A DNA stretch of 63,906 nt, the filler included, from Vicugna vicugna (taxonomy: Eukaryota): assembly GCA_013265495.1 (NCBI GenBank). It is 76 parts of 75 records of this genome, joined end to end, with 100 filler letters (N's around TTAATTAATTAA, not from the genome) between each part and the next. Parts side by side here need not be neighbours in the genome. Positions count along the whole stretch, not along the records: positions 37,351 to 38,133 come from PNXW01000156.1; positions 38,234 to 39,019 come from MU057404.1; positions 39,120 to 39,687 come from MU057405.1; positions 39,788 to 41,700 come from MU057406.1; positions 41,801 to 42,286 come from PNXW01000173.1; positions 42,387 to 42,817 come from PNXW01000178.1; positions 42,918 to 43,779 come from MU057409.1; positions 43,880 to 44,752 come from MU057410.1; 68 more parts are not named here. One strand, given 5' to 3'. Below are positions 37,351 through 50,036 of the stretch, piece by piece. Below the pieces are notes generated by a model, which searched no databases, was not told the origin of the DNA, and was given only the letters and a program-made list of their open reading frames with translations. The stretch's first letter is position 1; each line of letters begins with the position of its first letter. Made by a program: the position numbers and the translations under genes.

Positions 37351-38133
37351 GAGTAAATATTTCTAAGTGAATATATGCTTTGTTTGCTGGATGAAAGGTC
37401 AGTAACCCAGATGCTCACAAGTCAGAAACGCATATTTGCCCAATCCGTCATTCATGTAGCATGTACGGAACCCGGAATTCCATGTGGATGGAATTCATGT
37501 AAATTACATATCTGTTAGGTGGAAATAGCTCCAGAAGTATTATTCTGTGAAAAATGCACAAATTCGAAACAGGTGTTCGGGAAAGCTTGTGAAAATGTGT
37601 ACAGCTGTCTAGATGAAAATATTCGTTTTATAGAGAATGAAAGAACAGTAATCCGCATGCTCTCAACTCAGGAATGCATGTTATTGTCGAGTCCGTCATG
37701 CACGTAGGATGTACGGAATATGAAATATCATGTAGATGGAATCTATTCAAATTACATTTCTCTAGGGAAGTGTTCGTTCCAAGAGAGTATTTCTGGGATC
37801 AAAGTGTGATTCTTGACATTGGTATAGGAAGAAGTACAAAGTCAAAGTAAATATTTCAAAGTGTATAGGTAACTTGTTATGGTTGATACATCAGTCATGC
37901 GCATGTTCACAACTAAGAAATGCATGTTTGAGGAATCCGTGCTGCATGAAACATGTTCGGAATACGGAACGCCACGGTTATGTAAACAATGTAAATTACA
38001 ATTATATTGGTGAGAATTAGCTCAAAGAGTATATTATGGTGCCAAATGTCCAATTTTAAAACCTGGTGATAGAAAAAACATATGAAGTCACAGTAAATAT
38101 TTCTAAGTGTATACATGCCTTGTTCAGTGGATG
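37351..38133. repeat. Satellite D (one full trimer)
   Basis: agtaaatatttctaagtg at about 37352 and 38092. Confidence 0.93.
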
Positions 38134-38647
38134 NNNNNNNNNNNNNNNNNNNNNNNNNNNNNNNNNNNNNNNNNNNNTTAATTAATTAANNNNNNNNNNN
38201 NNNNNNNNNNNNNNNNNNNNNNNNNNNNNNNNNCTTCAGTGTTTTAAAACCCTCACTTTGACGGTTAAGAGGTTTGCCTAAGTAGGTGGGCACCTGCATG
38301 GGGCACTGAGAAATGAAAGAACAGACACCTGGCTCCAGACCGACCTGGGGCTACCTTGACCCTCCTCTTCTCCTAACCATCCAAAGCCAGCCCATAACTG
38401 CATCCCGTCAGCCCCACTCCCCAAACGCATTCCTCATTGGCTCCCACCATCTCTCATCTGGCCCAATCCAAGAGCCTCCTACCCGGCCTCCCTGCTTCCT
38501 GGGTCCCTGCCATTCATTCTCCACATTNNNNNNNNNNNNNNNNNNNNNNNNNNNNNNNNNNNNNNNNNNNNNNNNNNNNNNNNNNNNNNNNNNNNNNNNN
38601 NNNNNNNNNNNNNNNNNNNNNNNNNNNNNNNNNNNNNNNNNNNNNNN

Positions 38648-38890
38648 CTGGCTCCAGTATCTCCACAATCATGCTGAGCACATTTGTGCCTCGGGGCCAA
38701 TGGACAAGCTGCCTCTATTCCATGGGTGACTTTTCCCAGATTCTCAAAATCCAGCCTTCTTATCGCCATCTCAGCTCACATGTAACCTACTCAAAGATAG
38801 CTTTCTTGACTCAATTCCCCCCAAGTGTCCCATCTCAACACTGTGTTATTTCTTCATTTCAATCTGACATTGTTTCCTTATTCGCCCGAC
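38648..38890. mobile_element. Probable L2 LINE fragment
   Basis: tgcctcggggcc...tgcctctattcc...ttcccagat...tctcagctcacatgtaacct.ctcaaaga resembles decayed L2 3' region. Confidence 0.45.
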
Positions 38891-39119
38891 TATTTTTGTT
38901 TTCTCGGTTGTCCTTGGCCTCCCTCCCCCCTGCAGCCTTGCCCAAACAGCATAAGCTCCAGGGAAGCAGCCGGGGCTGGTGCTCTGAGAAGACACATGCT
39001 GAGAGCGACATTACAGTCANNNNNNNNNNNNNNNNNNNNNNNNNNNNNNNNNNNNNNNNNNNNTTAATTAATTAANNNNNNNNNNNNNNNNNNNNNNNNN
39101 NNNNNNNNNNNNNNNNNNN

Positions 39120-39687
39120 TGAAAAATGCGTGGACTCTCTTTCCCCACCTCCAGCACACACATGAAGAATTGTTCTGGTATCCTGAGTGTGGGGAGGCAC
39201 CTCCAACTGACAGCAGCATCTGGGATCTAATAGGATCCCTTAGGTTGACTTCCATGTGTGTTTTCCAAGGACCGGCTGGGAGCGAAGGCGGGGGTTGGGC
39301 TCTAAAGACAAGTAATAGCGAGTGCCTCTCTATGGGCAGTGGAGGTGTTTAAAGTACATTCCCTCCCTGGGAACACCTGTGCCCCCATAAAGTTGGATGG
39401 GCTATGTATCCCCAAAACCATCAAACACATAAAGACTTGTTCAGGTATCCTGATTATGGAGAGACTCCTCCAACTAACAGCAGCGCCTGGGTTCTAATAG
39501 AATCCCAAAGCATGTCTTCACTGATGGCATGCCTAGGCTGGAGTGTGGGGGAAAGTGGGGTTTGGGCTTGAAGTCCAAGTAGCAATGAGTGCCCCCTGAT
39601 TTCCTGGGGAAGTACTTAGAAGATTTCACCCTAATATGGAACACCTGTGCCCCCAATCATCTGCGTGGACTGGGTCTCCACAACTCC
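39120..39687. repeat. Satellite B
   Basis: tatcctgagtgtggggag...ccaactgacagcagc and related monomers. Confidence 0.9.
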
Positions 39688-39787
39688 NNNNNNNNNNNNN
39701 NNNNNNNNNNNNNNNNNNNNNNNNNNNNNNNTTAATTAATTAANNNNNNNNNNNNNNNNNNNNNNNNNNNNNNNNNNNNNNNNNNNN

Positions 39788-41700
39788 TGAAAATAGTACT
39801 TTTATAGAGGAGGAAAGATTAGTAATTCAGATTACCTCAACTCAGGAATGTATATTTTTCGAATCCATCATCTATGTAGCAAGTATGGTACACGGAATAT
39901 CATGTAGATGAGATCTATTCAAATTACATATCTCTAGGGTAGAATTGGTTCCAAGAGGGTTTTTGTGGGATCAAAGTGTGATTCTTGAAACTGGTGATAG
40001 ACAGAATCTACGAAGTCAAAGTAAATATTTCATAGTGCATAGGTAACTTGTTTGGTGGTTGAAACATCAGTCATGCGCATGTTCACAACTCAGAAATTCA
40101 AGGTTGAGGAATCCGTGATGCATGANNNNNNNNNNNNNNNNNNNNNNNNNNNNNNNNNNNNNNNNNNNNNNNNNNNNNNNNNNNNNNNNNNNNNNNNNNN
40201 NNNNNNNNNNNNNNNNNNNNNNNNNNNNNNNNNNNNNNNNNNNNNNNNNNNNNNNNNNNNNNNNNNNNNNNNNNNNNNNNNNNNNNNNNNNNNNNNNNNN
40301 NNNNNNNNNNNNNNNNNNNNNNNNNNNNNNNNNNNNNNNNNNNNNNNNNNNNNNNNNNNNNNNNNNNNNNNNNNNNNNNNNNNNNNNNNNNNNNNNNNNN
40401 NNNNNNNNNNNNNNNNNNNNNNNNNNNNNNNNNNNNNNNNNNNNNNNNNNNNNNNNNNNNNNNNNNNNNNNNNNNNNNNNNNNNNNNNNNNNNNNNNNNN
40501 NNNNNNNNNNNNNNNNNNNNNNNNNNNNNNNNNNNNNNNNNNNNNNNNNNNNNNNNNNNNNNNNNNNNNNNNNNNNNNNNNNGCATGTTTGTCCAATCCG
40601 CCATGTATGTAGCATGTAATGAACACGGAATATCATGTAGATGGAATGTATTCAAATTACATATCTCTAGGGTAGAATTCGCTCCAAGAGGGTTTCTCTG
40701 GGATCAAAGTGTGATTCTTGAAACTGGTGATAGGCAGAAGCTACGAAGTCAAAATAAATATTTCATAGTGCATTGGTAACATGTTTGGTGGTTTAAATAT
40801 CAGTCATTTGCATGTTCACAACTCAGAAATTCAAGGTTGAGGAATCCGTGATGCATGAATCATGTTCGTAATACGGAAAGCTATGGATATGTAAACAATG
40901 TAATTTACATGTGTATTTGTGAGAATTGGCTCAAAGAGTGTTTTCTGGTGCCAAATGTCCGATTTTAGATCCTGGTGATAGAAAAATCTATGAAGTCAGA
41001 ATAAATAATTCTAAGTGTATATACGCATTGTTTGNNNNNNNNNNNNNNNNNNNNNNNNNNNNNNNNNNNNNNNNNNNNNNNNNNNNNNNNNNNNNNNNNN
41101 NNNNNNNNNNNNNNNNNNNNNNNNNNNNNNNNNNNNNNNNNNNNNNNNNNNNNNNNNNNNNNNNNNNNNNNNNNNNNNNNNNNNNNNNNNNNNNNNNNNN
41201 NNNNNNNNNNNNNNNNNNNNNNNNNNNNNNNNNNNNNNNNNNNNNNNNNNNNNNNNNNNNNNNNNNNNNNNNNNNNNNNNNNNNNNNNNNNNNNNNNNNN
41301 NNNNNNNNNNNNNNNNNNNNNNNNNNNNNNNNNNNNNNNNNNNNNNNNNNNNNNNNNNNNNNNNNNNNNNNNNNNNNNNNNNNNNNNNNNNNNNNNNNNN
41401 NNNNNNNNNNNNNNNNNNNNNNNNNNNNNNNNNNNNNNNNNNNNNNNNNNNNNNNNNNNNNNNNNNNNNNNNNNNNNNNNNNNNNNNNNNNNNNNNNNNN
41501 NNNNNNNNNNNNNNNNNNNNNNNNNNNNNNNNNNNNNNNNNNTTGTTGAAATTCATGCGCATGTTCACAACTCAGAAATGCATGTTTCAGGAATCCGTCA
41601 TGCATGAAACCTGTTCAAAATACGGAAATTCATGGTTATGTAAGCAATGTAAATAACATGTGTATTGGTGAGAATTCGCTCTAAGAGTGTTTTCTAGTGC
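39788..41700. repeat. Satellite D (gapped array)
   Basis: Repeated gggatcaaagtgtgattcttgaaactggtgatag and catgttcacaactcagaaat. Confidence 0.93.
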
Positions 41701-41800
41701 NNNNNNNNNNNNNNNNNNNNNNNNNNNNNNNNNNNNNNNNNNNNTTAATTAATTAANNNNNNNNNNNNNNNNNNNNNNNNNNNNNNNNNNNNNNNNNNNN

Positions 41801-42286
41801 TCTGTATTCTATATTCTACATTCTGTGTTTTGTAGTCTGTATTCTACATTCTGTATTCTGTATTCTGTATTTTATATTCTAACTTCGGTTTTCTGAATTC
41901 CATGTAATGAATTCTGTGTTCTGCATTGTGTATTCAAAATTCTCTCTTCTGTATTCTATATTCTAAATTCTGAGTTCTGAAATCCATGTTCTAAATTCTG
42001 GTATCTGTATTTCTGTATTGTATATTCTGTATTCTGTGATCTGCATTCCATGTTCTAAATTCTGGTTTCTGTATTCTTTATTCTATATACTATTCTCTTT
42101 CTTCTGCATTCCGTGTTCTAAATACTGGATTCTGACATGTGTATTCTATAATCTATATTCTGTGCTCTACATATATTCTGTGTTCTACATTCTGTGTTTT
42201 ATATTCTATATTCTGTATTCTGTACTCTATATTCTAAAAAATGTGTACTGAATTCCATGTTTAAATTCTGGGTTCAGTATTCTGTA
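41801..42286 (-). repeat. Satellite E heptamer array
   Basis: ATTCTGT/ATTCTAT units with periodic ttccatgttctaaattctg. Confidence 0.93.
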
Positions 42287-42439
42287 NNNNNNNNNNNNNN
42301 NNNNNNNNNNNNNNNNNNNNNNNNNNNNNNTTAATTAATTAANNNNNNNNNNNNNNNNNNNNNNNNNNNNNNNNNNNNNNNNNNNNGAGAATACAGAGTC
42401 TTCTGGGCTGTGATAAGTCATCTAGAAGCCTTACTAAGG

Positions 42440-42660
42440 ATGCTGAAATACCACTAGGTTAATAACATTATCTGATTTAAATACATACCCGACACACTCT
42501 GACTGCTATGTGGAGGATGGAGAGTAGGGGAAAGACTGAAGGCATGGAGATCAACTGTGAGATATTTTTCAGTGTCTTAGTTGAGAGATGTTAGTAACCT
42601 CAACAGTGGAAACAGCTAAATTGGAGACTAAAGAAGAGCATGAGAATAAATTTTCAAGTA
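42440..42660. mobile_element. Probable L2 LINE fragment
   Basis: actctgactgctatgtggaggatggag...gaaggcatggagatcaactgtgag...gtcttagttgagagatg. Confidence 0.55.
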
Positions 42661-42770
42661 AGCTGGGTATGCTGGGGCTGTGTGTGTGGGAGCCGAGTGA
42701 GAGGACATTTGACTGTCCTTTATGATTGGATTACCGCATTCTGCTGATTCTAATTTTGTGTTTGGTTTTA

Positions 42771-42817
42771 CTTAACCTTAACCTTGAACACCAACCCCAA
42801 CCCCAACCCTAACCCAG
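42771..42817 (+). repeat. Degenerate telomere-like hexamers (CCTTAA, CCCCAA, CCCTAA) at the scaffold end
   Basis: cttaaccttaaccttgaacaccaaccccaaccccaaccctaacccag. Confidence 0.6.
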
Positions 42818-42917
42818 NNNNNNNNNNNNNNNNNNNNNNNNNNNNNNNNNNNNNNNNNNNNTTAATTAATTAANNNNNNNNNNNNNNNNNNNNNNNNNNN
42901 NNNNNNNNNNNNNNNNN

Positions 42918-43779
42918 AACCAGGCAAAGACACTACCAAAAAAGAGAATTATAGGCCAATAACACTTATGAACACAGACTCTCTTTTTCTCTTTTATAAG
43001 TTGTAATACTACACAGGCAATAGTTAGATAAACTATTTTAGGACCACAATAGATAACTGATACTCCAAAAAACACAGTGCCAGAGAGGTAGGAGCAAGAT
43101 GAAGGAACAGAGAAACCATTCCCAATCAAAAGCACAAGAGAAATCCCCTGAAAGAATGATCAATGAGATAGACTTCGAGGGCCTAATAGATCAAGAATTC
43201 AAAAATGGTGTGATCAAATTACTGAAGGAAATAAAAGAGATAATGTTTAGAAATATAAAATATGTTAAAAATGAAATGTAAGCTGTAAGGAAGAGCCNNN
43301 NNNNNNNNNNNNNNNNNNNNNNNNNNNNNNNNNNNNNNNNNNNNNNNNNNNNNNNNNNNNNNNNNNNNNNNNNNNNNNNNNNNNNNNNNNNNNNNNNNNN
43401 NNNNNNNNNNNNNNNNNNNNNNNNNNNNNNNNNNNNNNNNNNNNNNNNNNNNNNNNNNNNNNNNNNNNNNNNNNNNNNNNNNNNNNNNNNNNNNNNNNNN
43501 NNNNNNNNNNNNNNNNNNNNNNNNNNNNNNNNNNNNNNNNNNNNNNNNNNNNNNNNNNNNNNNNNNNNNNNNNNNNNNNNNNNNNNNNNNNNNNNNNNNN
43601 NNNNNNNNNNNNNNNTATACAAGTAAGCTCAGAGTGTCCCAAACAAATAATTTGAACAAACTGATTACTAGAAGAAAGATAGAATCTGACTTTAAAAAAA
43701 TCGGTAAATATTAGTGCAGATTTAAACAGCTCCAGTGGAGAACTGTACAAAAATACAAAGCAGGACTTATACTCTTCAA
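42918..43779 (+). mobile_element. Rearranged LINE-1: ORF2 fragment / 5'UTR and ORF1 N-terminal half / ORF2 fragment
   Basis: 42918-42980 PGKDTTKKENYRPITLMNTD (ORF2). ORF1 start at 43099, MKEQRNHSQSKAQEKSPERMINEID, with a stop at 43279. IQEAQSVPNK (ORF1, 1-nt insertion) at about 43617-43647 is fused to NLNKLITRRKIES...SGELYK (ORF2). Confidence 0.8.
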
Positions 43780-43879
43780 NNNNNNNNNNNNNNNNNNNNN
43801 NNNNNNNNNNNNNNNNNNNNNNNTTAATTAATTAANNNNNNNNNNNNNNNNNNNNNNNNNNNNNNNNNNNNNNNNNNNN

Positions 43880-44752
43880 CTCTGTGCCAGGGAATGCTAG
43901 GGGAATTTGCAGTATATCCCAGTGTCAGAGGCTTCCTATTTAAGGTCAGGGAAGTTATTTCTCGGACTTCCCCGAACAGGGAACACCTGTGACTGAAGAG
44001 AGCTGCGTGGAGTTGTCTCTCGAGCTCCCCCACGCACTGACAATGGTTCCGGAATCCTGAGCGTTGNNNNNNNNNNNNNNNNNNNNNNNNNNNNNNNNNN
44101 NNNNNNNNNNNNNNNNNNNNNNNNNNNNNNNNNNNNNNNNNNNNNNNNNNNNNNNNNNNNNNNNNNNNNNNNNNNNNNNNNNNNNNNNNNNNNNNNNNNN
44201 NNNNNNNNNNNNNNNNNNNNNNNNNNNNNNNNNNNNNNNNNNNNNNNNNNNNNNNNNNNNNNNNNNNNNNNNNNNNNNNNNNNNNNNNNNNNNNNNNNNN
44301 NNNNNNNNNNNNNNNNNNNNNNNNNNNNNNNNNNNNNNNNNNNNNNNNNNNNNNNNNNNNNNNNNNNNNNNNNNNNNNNNNNNNNNNNNNNNNNNNNNNN
44401 NNNNNNNNNNNNNNNNNNNNNNNNNNNNNNNNNNNNNNNNNNNNNNNNNNNNNNNNNNNNNNNNNNNNNNNNNNNNNNNNNNNNNNNNNNNNNNNNNNNN
44501 NNNNNNNNNNNNNNNNNNNNNNNNNNNNNNNNNNNNNNNNNNNNNNNNNNNCGCACTGACATCCGGAATCCGGAGAGTGGGGAGGTTTCAACAACGGTCG
44601 GCAGCGCGTGGGTTTTAAAGGAATGCTTAAGCTCGTCTCCCCAGAGGATTTTCCTAATGTCTCTGTGCCAGGGAATGCTAGGGGTGTTTGCCCTATATCC
44701 CAGGGAAAGAGGCTTCCTACCCAAGGTCAGGGAAGGTATTTCTCGGACTTCC
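43880..44752. repeat. Satellite A (gapped)
   Basis: Consensus A motifs. Confidence 0.95.
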
Positions 44753-44852
44753 NNNNNNNNNNNNNNNNNNNNNNNNNNNNNNNNNNNNNNNNNNNNTTAA
44801 TTAATTAANNNNNNNNNNNNNNNNNNNNNNNNNNNNNNNNNNNNNNNNNNNN

Positions 44853-45969
44853 AAATTACATGTGTATTGGTGAGATTTCGCTCAAAGAGTGTTTTTTCGT
44901 GCCATTGTCCGATTTTAGAACCTGGTGATAGAAAAATCTATGAAATCAGAGTAAATATTTCTTAGTGTATATACGCCTTTTTTGGTGGATGAAAGGTCAT
45001 TAATCCACATGCTCACAAGTCAGAAATGAATGATTGCCGAATTCGTCATGCATGTAGCATGTANNNNNNNNNNNNNNNNNNNNNNNNNNNNNNNNNNNNN
45101 NNNNNNNNNNNNNNNNNNNNNNNNNNNNNNNNNNNNNNNNNNNNNNNNNNNNNNNNNNNNNNNNNNNNNNNNNNNNNNNNNNNNNNNNNNNNNNNNNNNN
45201 NNNNNNNNNNNNNNNNNNNNNNNNNNNNNNNNNNNNNNNNNNNNNNNNNNNNNNNNNNNNNNNNNNNNNNNNNNNNNNNNNNNNNNNNNNNNNNNNNNNN
45301 NNNNNNNNNNNNNNNNNNNNNNNNNNNNNNNNNNNNNNNNNNNNNNNNNNNNNNNNNNNNNNNNNNNNNNNNNNNNNNNNNNNTAGAATTCGCTCCAAGA
45401 GGGTTTTTCTGGGATCAAAGTGTGATTCTTGAAACTGATGATAGGAAGAAGCTACAAAGTCAAAGTAAATATTTCAGAGTGCATAGGTAACTTGTTTGGT
45501 GGTTAAAACATCAGTCATGCGCATGTTCACAACTCAGAAATGCATGTTTGAGGAATCCGTGATGCATGAAACATGTTTGTAGTACGGAATGCCATGGTTA
45601 CGTAAACAATGTAAATTACATGTGTATTGGTGAGATTTCGCTCAAAGAGTGTTTTCTGGAGCCAAATGTCCGATTTTAGAATCTGGAGATAGGAAAAACC
45701 TATGAAGTCAGAGTAAATATGTCTAAGTTTATATTGGCCTTGTTCGGAGAATGAAAGGTCAGTAATCCACATGCTCACAAGTCAGAAACGCATGATTGCC
45801 AAATCCGTCATACATGTAGCAGGTACAGAACCCTGAATACCAAGTTGTTGGAATTCATGTAAATTACATATCTGTTAGGTTGAAATCGCTCCAGAACAAT
45901 TTTTCTGTGAAAACAGCATAAATACGAAACTGGTTTTAGGGAAAGCTTGTGAAAATGTGTACATGAGTC
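44853..45969. repeat. Satellite D
   Basis: aaattacatgtgtattggtgagatttcgctcaaagagtg occurs twice. Confidence 0.93.
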
Positions 45970-46069
45970 NNNNNNNNNNNNNNNNNNNNNNNNNNNNNNN
46001 NNNNNNNNNNNNNTTAATTAATTAANNNNNNNNNNNNNNNNNNNNNNNNNNNNNNNNNNNNNNNNNNNN

Positions 46070-46845
46070 TACTCTGACTTCATATGTTTTTTTTATCACC
46101 AGGTTTTAATCAGAATTTTGGCACCAGAATACACTCTTTGAGCGAATATTCACCAACACAGATGAATTTAAATTTTTTACATAACCATGGCATTCCATAT
46201 TACGAACATGTTTCATGCATCTCGGATTCCTCAAACATGCATTTCTGAGTCGTAAACATGCGCATGACTGATGTTACAACCACACTATGCACTTTGAAAT
46301 ATATACTTTGACTTGGTTGTTTCTTCCTATCACCAGTGTCAAGAATCACACTTTGATCCCAGAAAAAACCTCTTTTATCGAATTCTACCCTAGATATATT
46401 TAATTTGAATAGATTCCATCTACATGATATTCCGTGTTCATTAGATGCTACATAAATGACTGATTTGACAAACATGCATTCCTGAGTAGAGAGAATCTGG
46501 ATTACTAATCTTTCATCCTTTATAAAAGCAATATTCATCTAGACACATGTACACATTTTCACAAGCTTTCCCTACACCAGTTTCGAATTCGTGCTTTTTT
46601 CAGAGAAAAAGTATTCTGGGGCCATTTCCACCTAACAGATATGCAATTTACATGAATTCCAACAACATGGCCATCCCGGGTTCCTTACATGCTACATGTA
46701 TGACGGATTCGGCAATAATGCGTTTCTGACTTGTGAGCATGTGGATTACTGGCCTTTCATCCACCGAAATAGGCGTATATACACTTAGAAATATTTACTG
46801 TGACTTCAAAGGTTTTTCCTATCTCCAGGTTCTAAAATCGGACAT
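46070..46845. repeat. Satellite D (reverse orientation)
   Basis: One full trimer, reverse complement. Confidence 0.93.
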
Positions 46846-47769
46846 NNNNNNNNNNNNNNNNNNNNNNNNNNNNNNNNNNNNNNNNNNNNTTAATTAATTA
46901 ANNNNNNNNNNNNNNNNNNNNNNNNNNNNNNNNNNNNNNNNNNNNACTCCAGAGTGATTAAATCACATTAAACAGAAACTGCAAGGATTTAAACAGAACT
47001 GTAAGGATTTCCCTGGCAGTTAAGATCTGGATGTTGAGAAGGAAATTTGTAAACAGTTAAAGAGAAAAGGTCAAAGCAGAGAATCCTGGTGTGTGATATC
47101 CTTGATTATCTCATGAAGTGGCATTCCTGTTCTCCTTGATCATATGTTTTCCATCTACCTTGAGGATGAAATAAAAGCTAAAATGCATTAATGCTGAGAT
47201 TTTTCACACCTTTTCCTCAATATAATTTTTTATATAAAGGTAATGGAATTTCACAGGAAATACAGGAATTACAAACACCATAGTACATTCTCACAGTCTA
47301 CCAAATGGATACATAAATAAGGCAGGAACATGATAAAACATGTGAGAGTATGCATCTTATGATCAGTGTAAGAGGTTCACTGTCAGGATGCAGAGTTGGG
47401 AGAGGAATCTATAGAGGAGAAGGTCTGGATTGTATTCATGGAATGTATTTGCTCTTAAAGATATGAGAAGGAGAGCAATCCAAGACCAACGAATTTCTTG
47501 ATAGTAAGAAACAAATATAGAAATGGAGAGTATATAGTAGGGTTTTATTTTAAAAAAGGAAAAAGAAACTAAATTGGAAGCATGATTATTTCATATATTA
47601 ACTACGCCACATAACAGGATACGATACAAGGTAAATTTGAGTCACTTCTTTAAGGAACACAAACATCAGNNNNNNNNNNNNNNNNNNNNNNNNNNNNNNN
47701 NNNNNNNNNNNNNTTAATTAATTAANNNNNNNNNNNNNNNNNNNNNNNNNNNNNNNNNNNNNNNNNNNN

Positions 47770-48558
47770 GAATGCTAGGGGGGGGTTGCAGGAAATCCCA
47801 GTGACAGGGGCTGCATCCCCATGGTCGGTGTAGGTATTTCTCGGACTTCCCCGAACAGGGAACACCTGTGAATGAAGAGAGCTGCGTGGAGTTGTCTCTC
47901 GAGCTCCCCCACGCACTGACAATGGTTCCGGAATCCTGAGCGTGGGGAGGTTCCANNNNNNNNNNNNNNNNNNNNNNNNNNNNNNNNNNNNNNNNNNNNN
48001 NNNNNNNNNNNNNNNNNNNNNNNNNNNNNNNNNNNNNNNNNNNNNNNNNNNNNNNNNNNNNNNNNNNNNNNNNNNNNNNNNNNNNNNNNNNNNNNNNNNN
48101 NNNNNNNNNNNNNNNNNNNNNNNNNNNNNNNNNNNNNNNNNNNNNNNNNNNNNNNNNNNNNNNNNNNNNNNNNNNNNNNNNNNNNNNNNNNNNNNNNNNN
48201 NNNNNNNNNNNNNNNNNNNNNNNNNNNNNNNNNNNNNNNNNNNNNNNNNNNNNNNNNNNNNNNNNNNNNNNNNNNNNNNNNNNNNNNNNNNNNNNNNNNN
48301 NNNNNNNNNNNNNNNNNNNNNNNNNNNNNNNNNNNNNNNNNNNNNNNNNNNNNNNNNNNNNNNNNNNNNNNNNAGGGAACACCTGTGACTGAAGAGAGCT
48401 GCGTGGAGTTGTCTCTCGAGCTCCCCCACGCACTGACAATGGTTCCGGAATCCTGAGCGTGGGGAGGTTCCACCATCGGTCGGCAGCGCTTGTGTTCGAA
48501 CGGGATGCCTGACCTCGTCTACGCTGAGGGTTTTCCTAATTTCTCTGTGCCAGGGAAT
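47770..48558. repeat. Satellite A (gapped)
   Basis: Consensus A motifs. Confidence 0.95.
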
Positions 48559-48658
48559 NNNNNNNNNNNNNNNNNNNNNNNNNNNNNNNNNNNNNNNNNN
48601 NNTTAATTAATTAANNNNNNNNNNNNNNNNNNNNNNNNNNNNNNNNNNNNNNNNNNNN

Positions 48659-48876
48659 GTGATTCTTGAAACTGGTGAAAGGAAGAAGCTGCAAAGTCAA
48701 AGTTAATATTTCAGAGTGCAAAAGTAACTTGTTTGGTTGTGGAAACATCAGTCATGTGCATGTTCACTACTCAGAAATGCATGTTTGAGGAATCCGTAAT
48801 GCATGAAACATGCTCGTAGTACGGAATTCCATGGTTATGTAAACAATGTAAATTACATGTGTATTGGTTAGAATTC
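48659..48876. repeat. Satellite D subunit
   Basis: gtgattcttgaaactggtga...atgtaaattacatgtgtattgg. Confidence 0.92.
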
Positions 48877-48976
48877 NNNNNNNNNNNNNNNNNNNNNNNN
48901 NNNNNNNNNNNNNNNNNNNNTTAATTAATTAANNNNNNNNNNNNNNNNNNNNNNNNNNNNNNNNNNNNNNNNNNNN

Positions 48977-49412
48977 AAAGTACTGATTCAGGCTGCAATA
49001 TGGATGAACCTTGAAACTTTACATTAAAATAAGCCAGATACAAAAGGCCAAATAGTGCCCATTAAGGTGAACAGTATCTAAGCGTTTATTGTACTACTCC
49101 TGTAAATTTTCCGTAGGTTTGAATTCTATCAATATCAAAATAAAATGTATTATTCATTAAAAACATAAAACACTTCCTCACAGGAGGGCTTTAATTGTTA
49201 AATGCAGAAATGCATGTAAAAAGCTTTGGAACAACATTTTGCATGTCCACAGACAGTCAGTATTGTCACTGCCACTCAGAGGGTGGTGCCAGCGCTGATG
49301 AGAGCTGCCTCCACTCGCTCCCCTGCAGACATTAGTGAAGACCTGAGCTCTGACAGGCAGCGTTTGTGTGAACCTGGGTCAGACACATCCACGTCCCAGA
49401 CTCTGCGTTACC
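48977..49412 (+). repeat. Low-copy duplicated segment, paralogue of 703-1137
   Basis: Colinear over its whole length. Confidence 0.9.
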
Positions 49413-49539
49413 NNNNNNNNNNNNNNNNNNNNNNNNNNNNNNNNNNNNNNNNNNNNTTAATTAATTAANNNNNNNNNNNNNNNNNNNNNNNNNNNNNNNN
49501 NNNNNNNNNNNNATGTATTAAGACTTGCTGTTCCTTCAC

Positions 49540-50036
49540 ACTCAACCAGCCATGCAGTTATACCCTCAGTCTGCAACTGCAGGAGAATTAGAGCCAGGTC
49601 CAATTTTACCAATACTGTAGGGAGAACCTGAGCCTGCTACTGCAGGAGACACAGCACTGTGTCCCATTTCACCAATCTTTCAAGGAGACCCTAAGCCTAC
49701 TCCTGCAGGAGACTCAGAGCCGAATCACATTCCACCAGCTGTGTAGGAAGACCATCATGCCTTCACTTGCAATGGATCCAGAAATTACACTAGCCTTGTA
49801 GGGAGACCTTGAGCCTGTTCCTGCAGGGGAAACAGATCTCTGTCATATTCCACCATCCCTCCAGGAAGATGCAGGGCTTCCTCCTGCAGGAGACTCAGGA
49901 ATCAGTCCAATTTCACCAGTCCTGCAGGAATACTCTGAGCCAATTCCTGCAGGAGACCCAGGACTGGGTCCCATTCCATCAAACATGCACGAAGACCTTG
50001 AAGTGGGTCCAATTCCACTAGCCTTGCTGGGTGACC
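49540..50036 (+). repeat. 63-bp minisatellite (21-codon Pro-rich unit), possibly a pseudogenised coding repeat
   Basis: ctgcagg anchor at 49577, 49640, 49703 and at 49821, 49884, 49947 (63-bp period). Confidence 0.85.
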
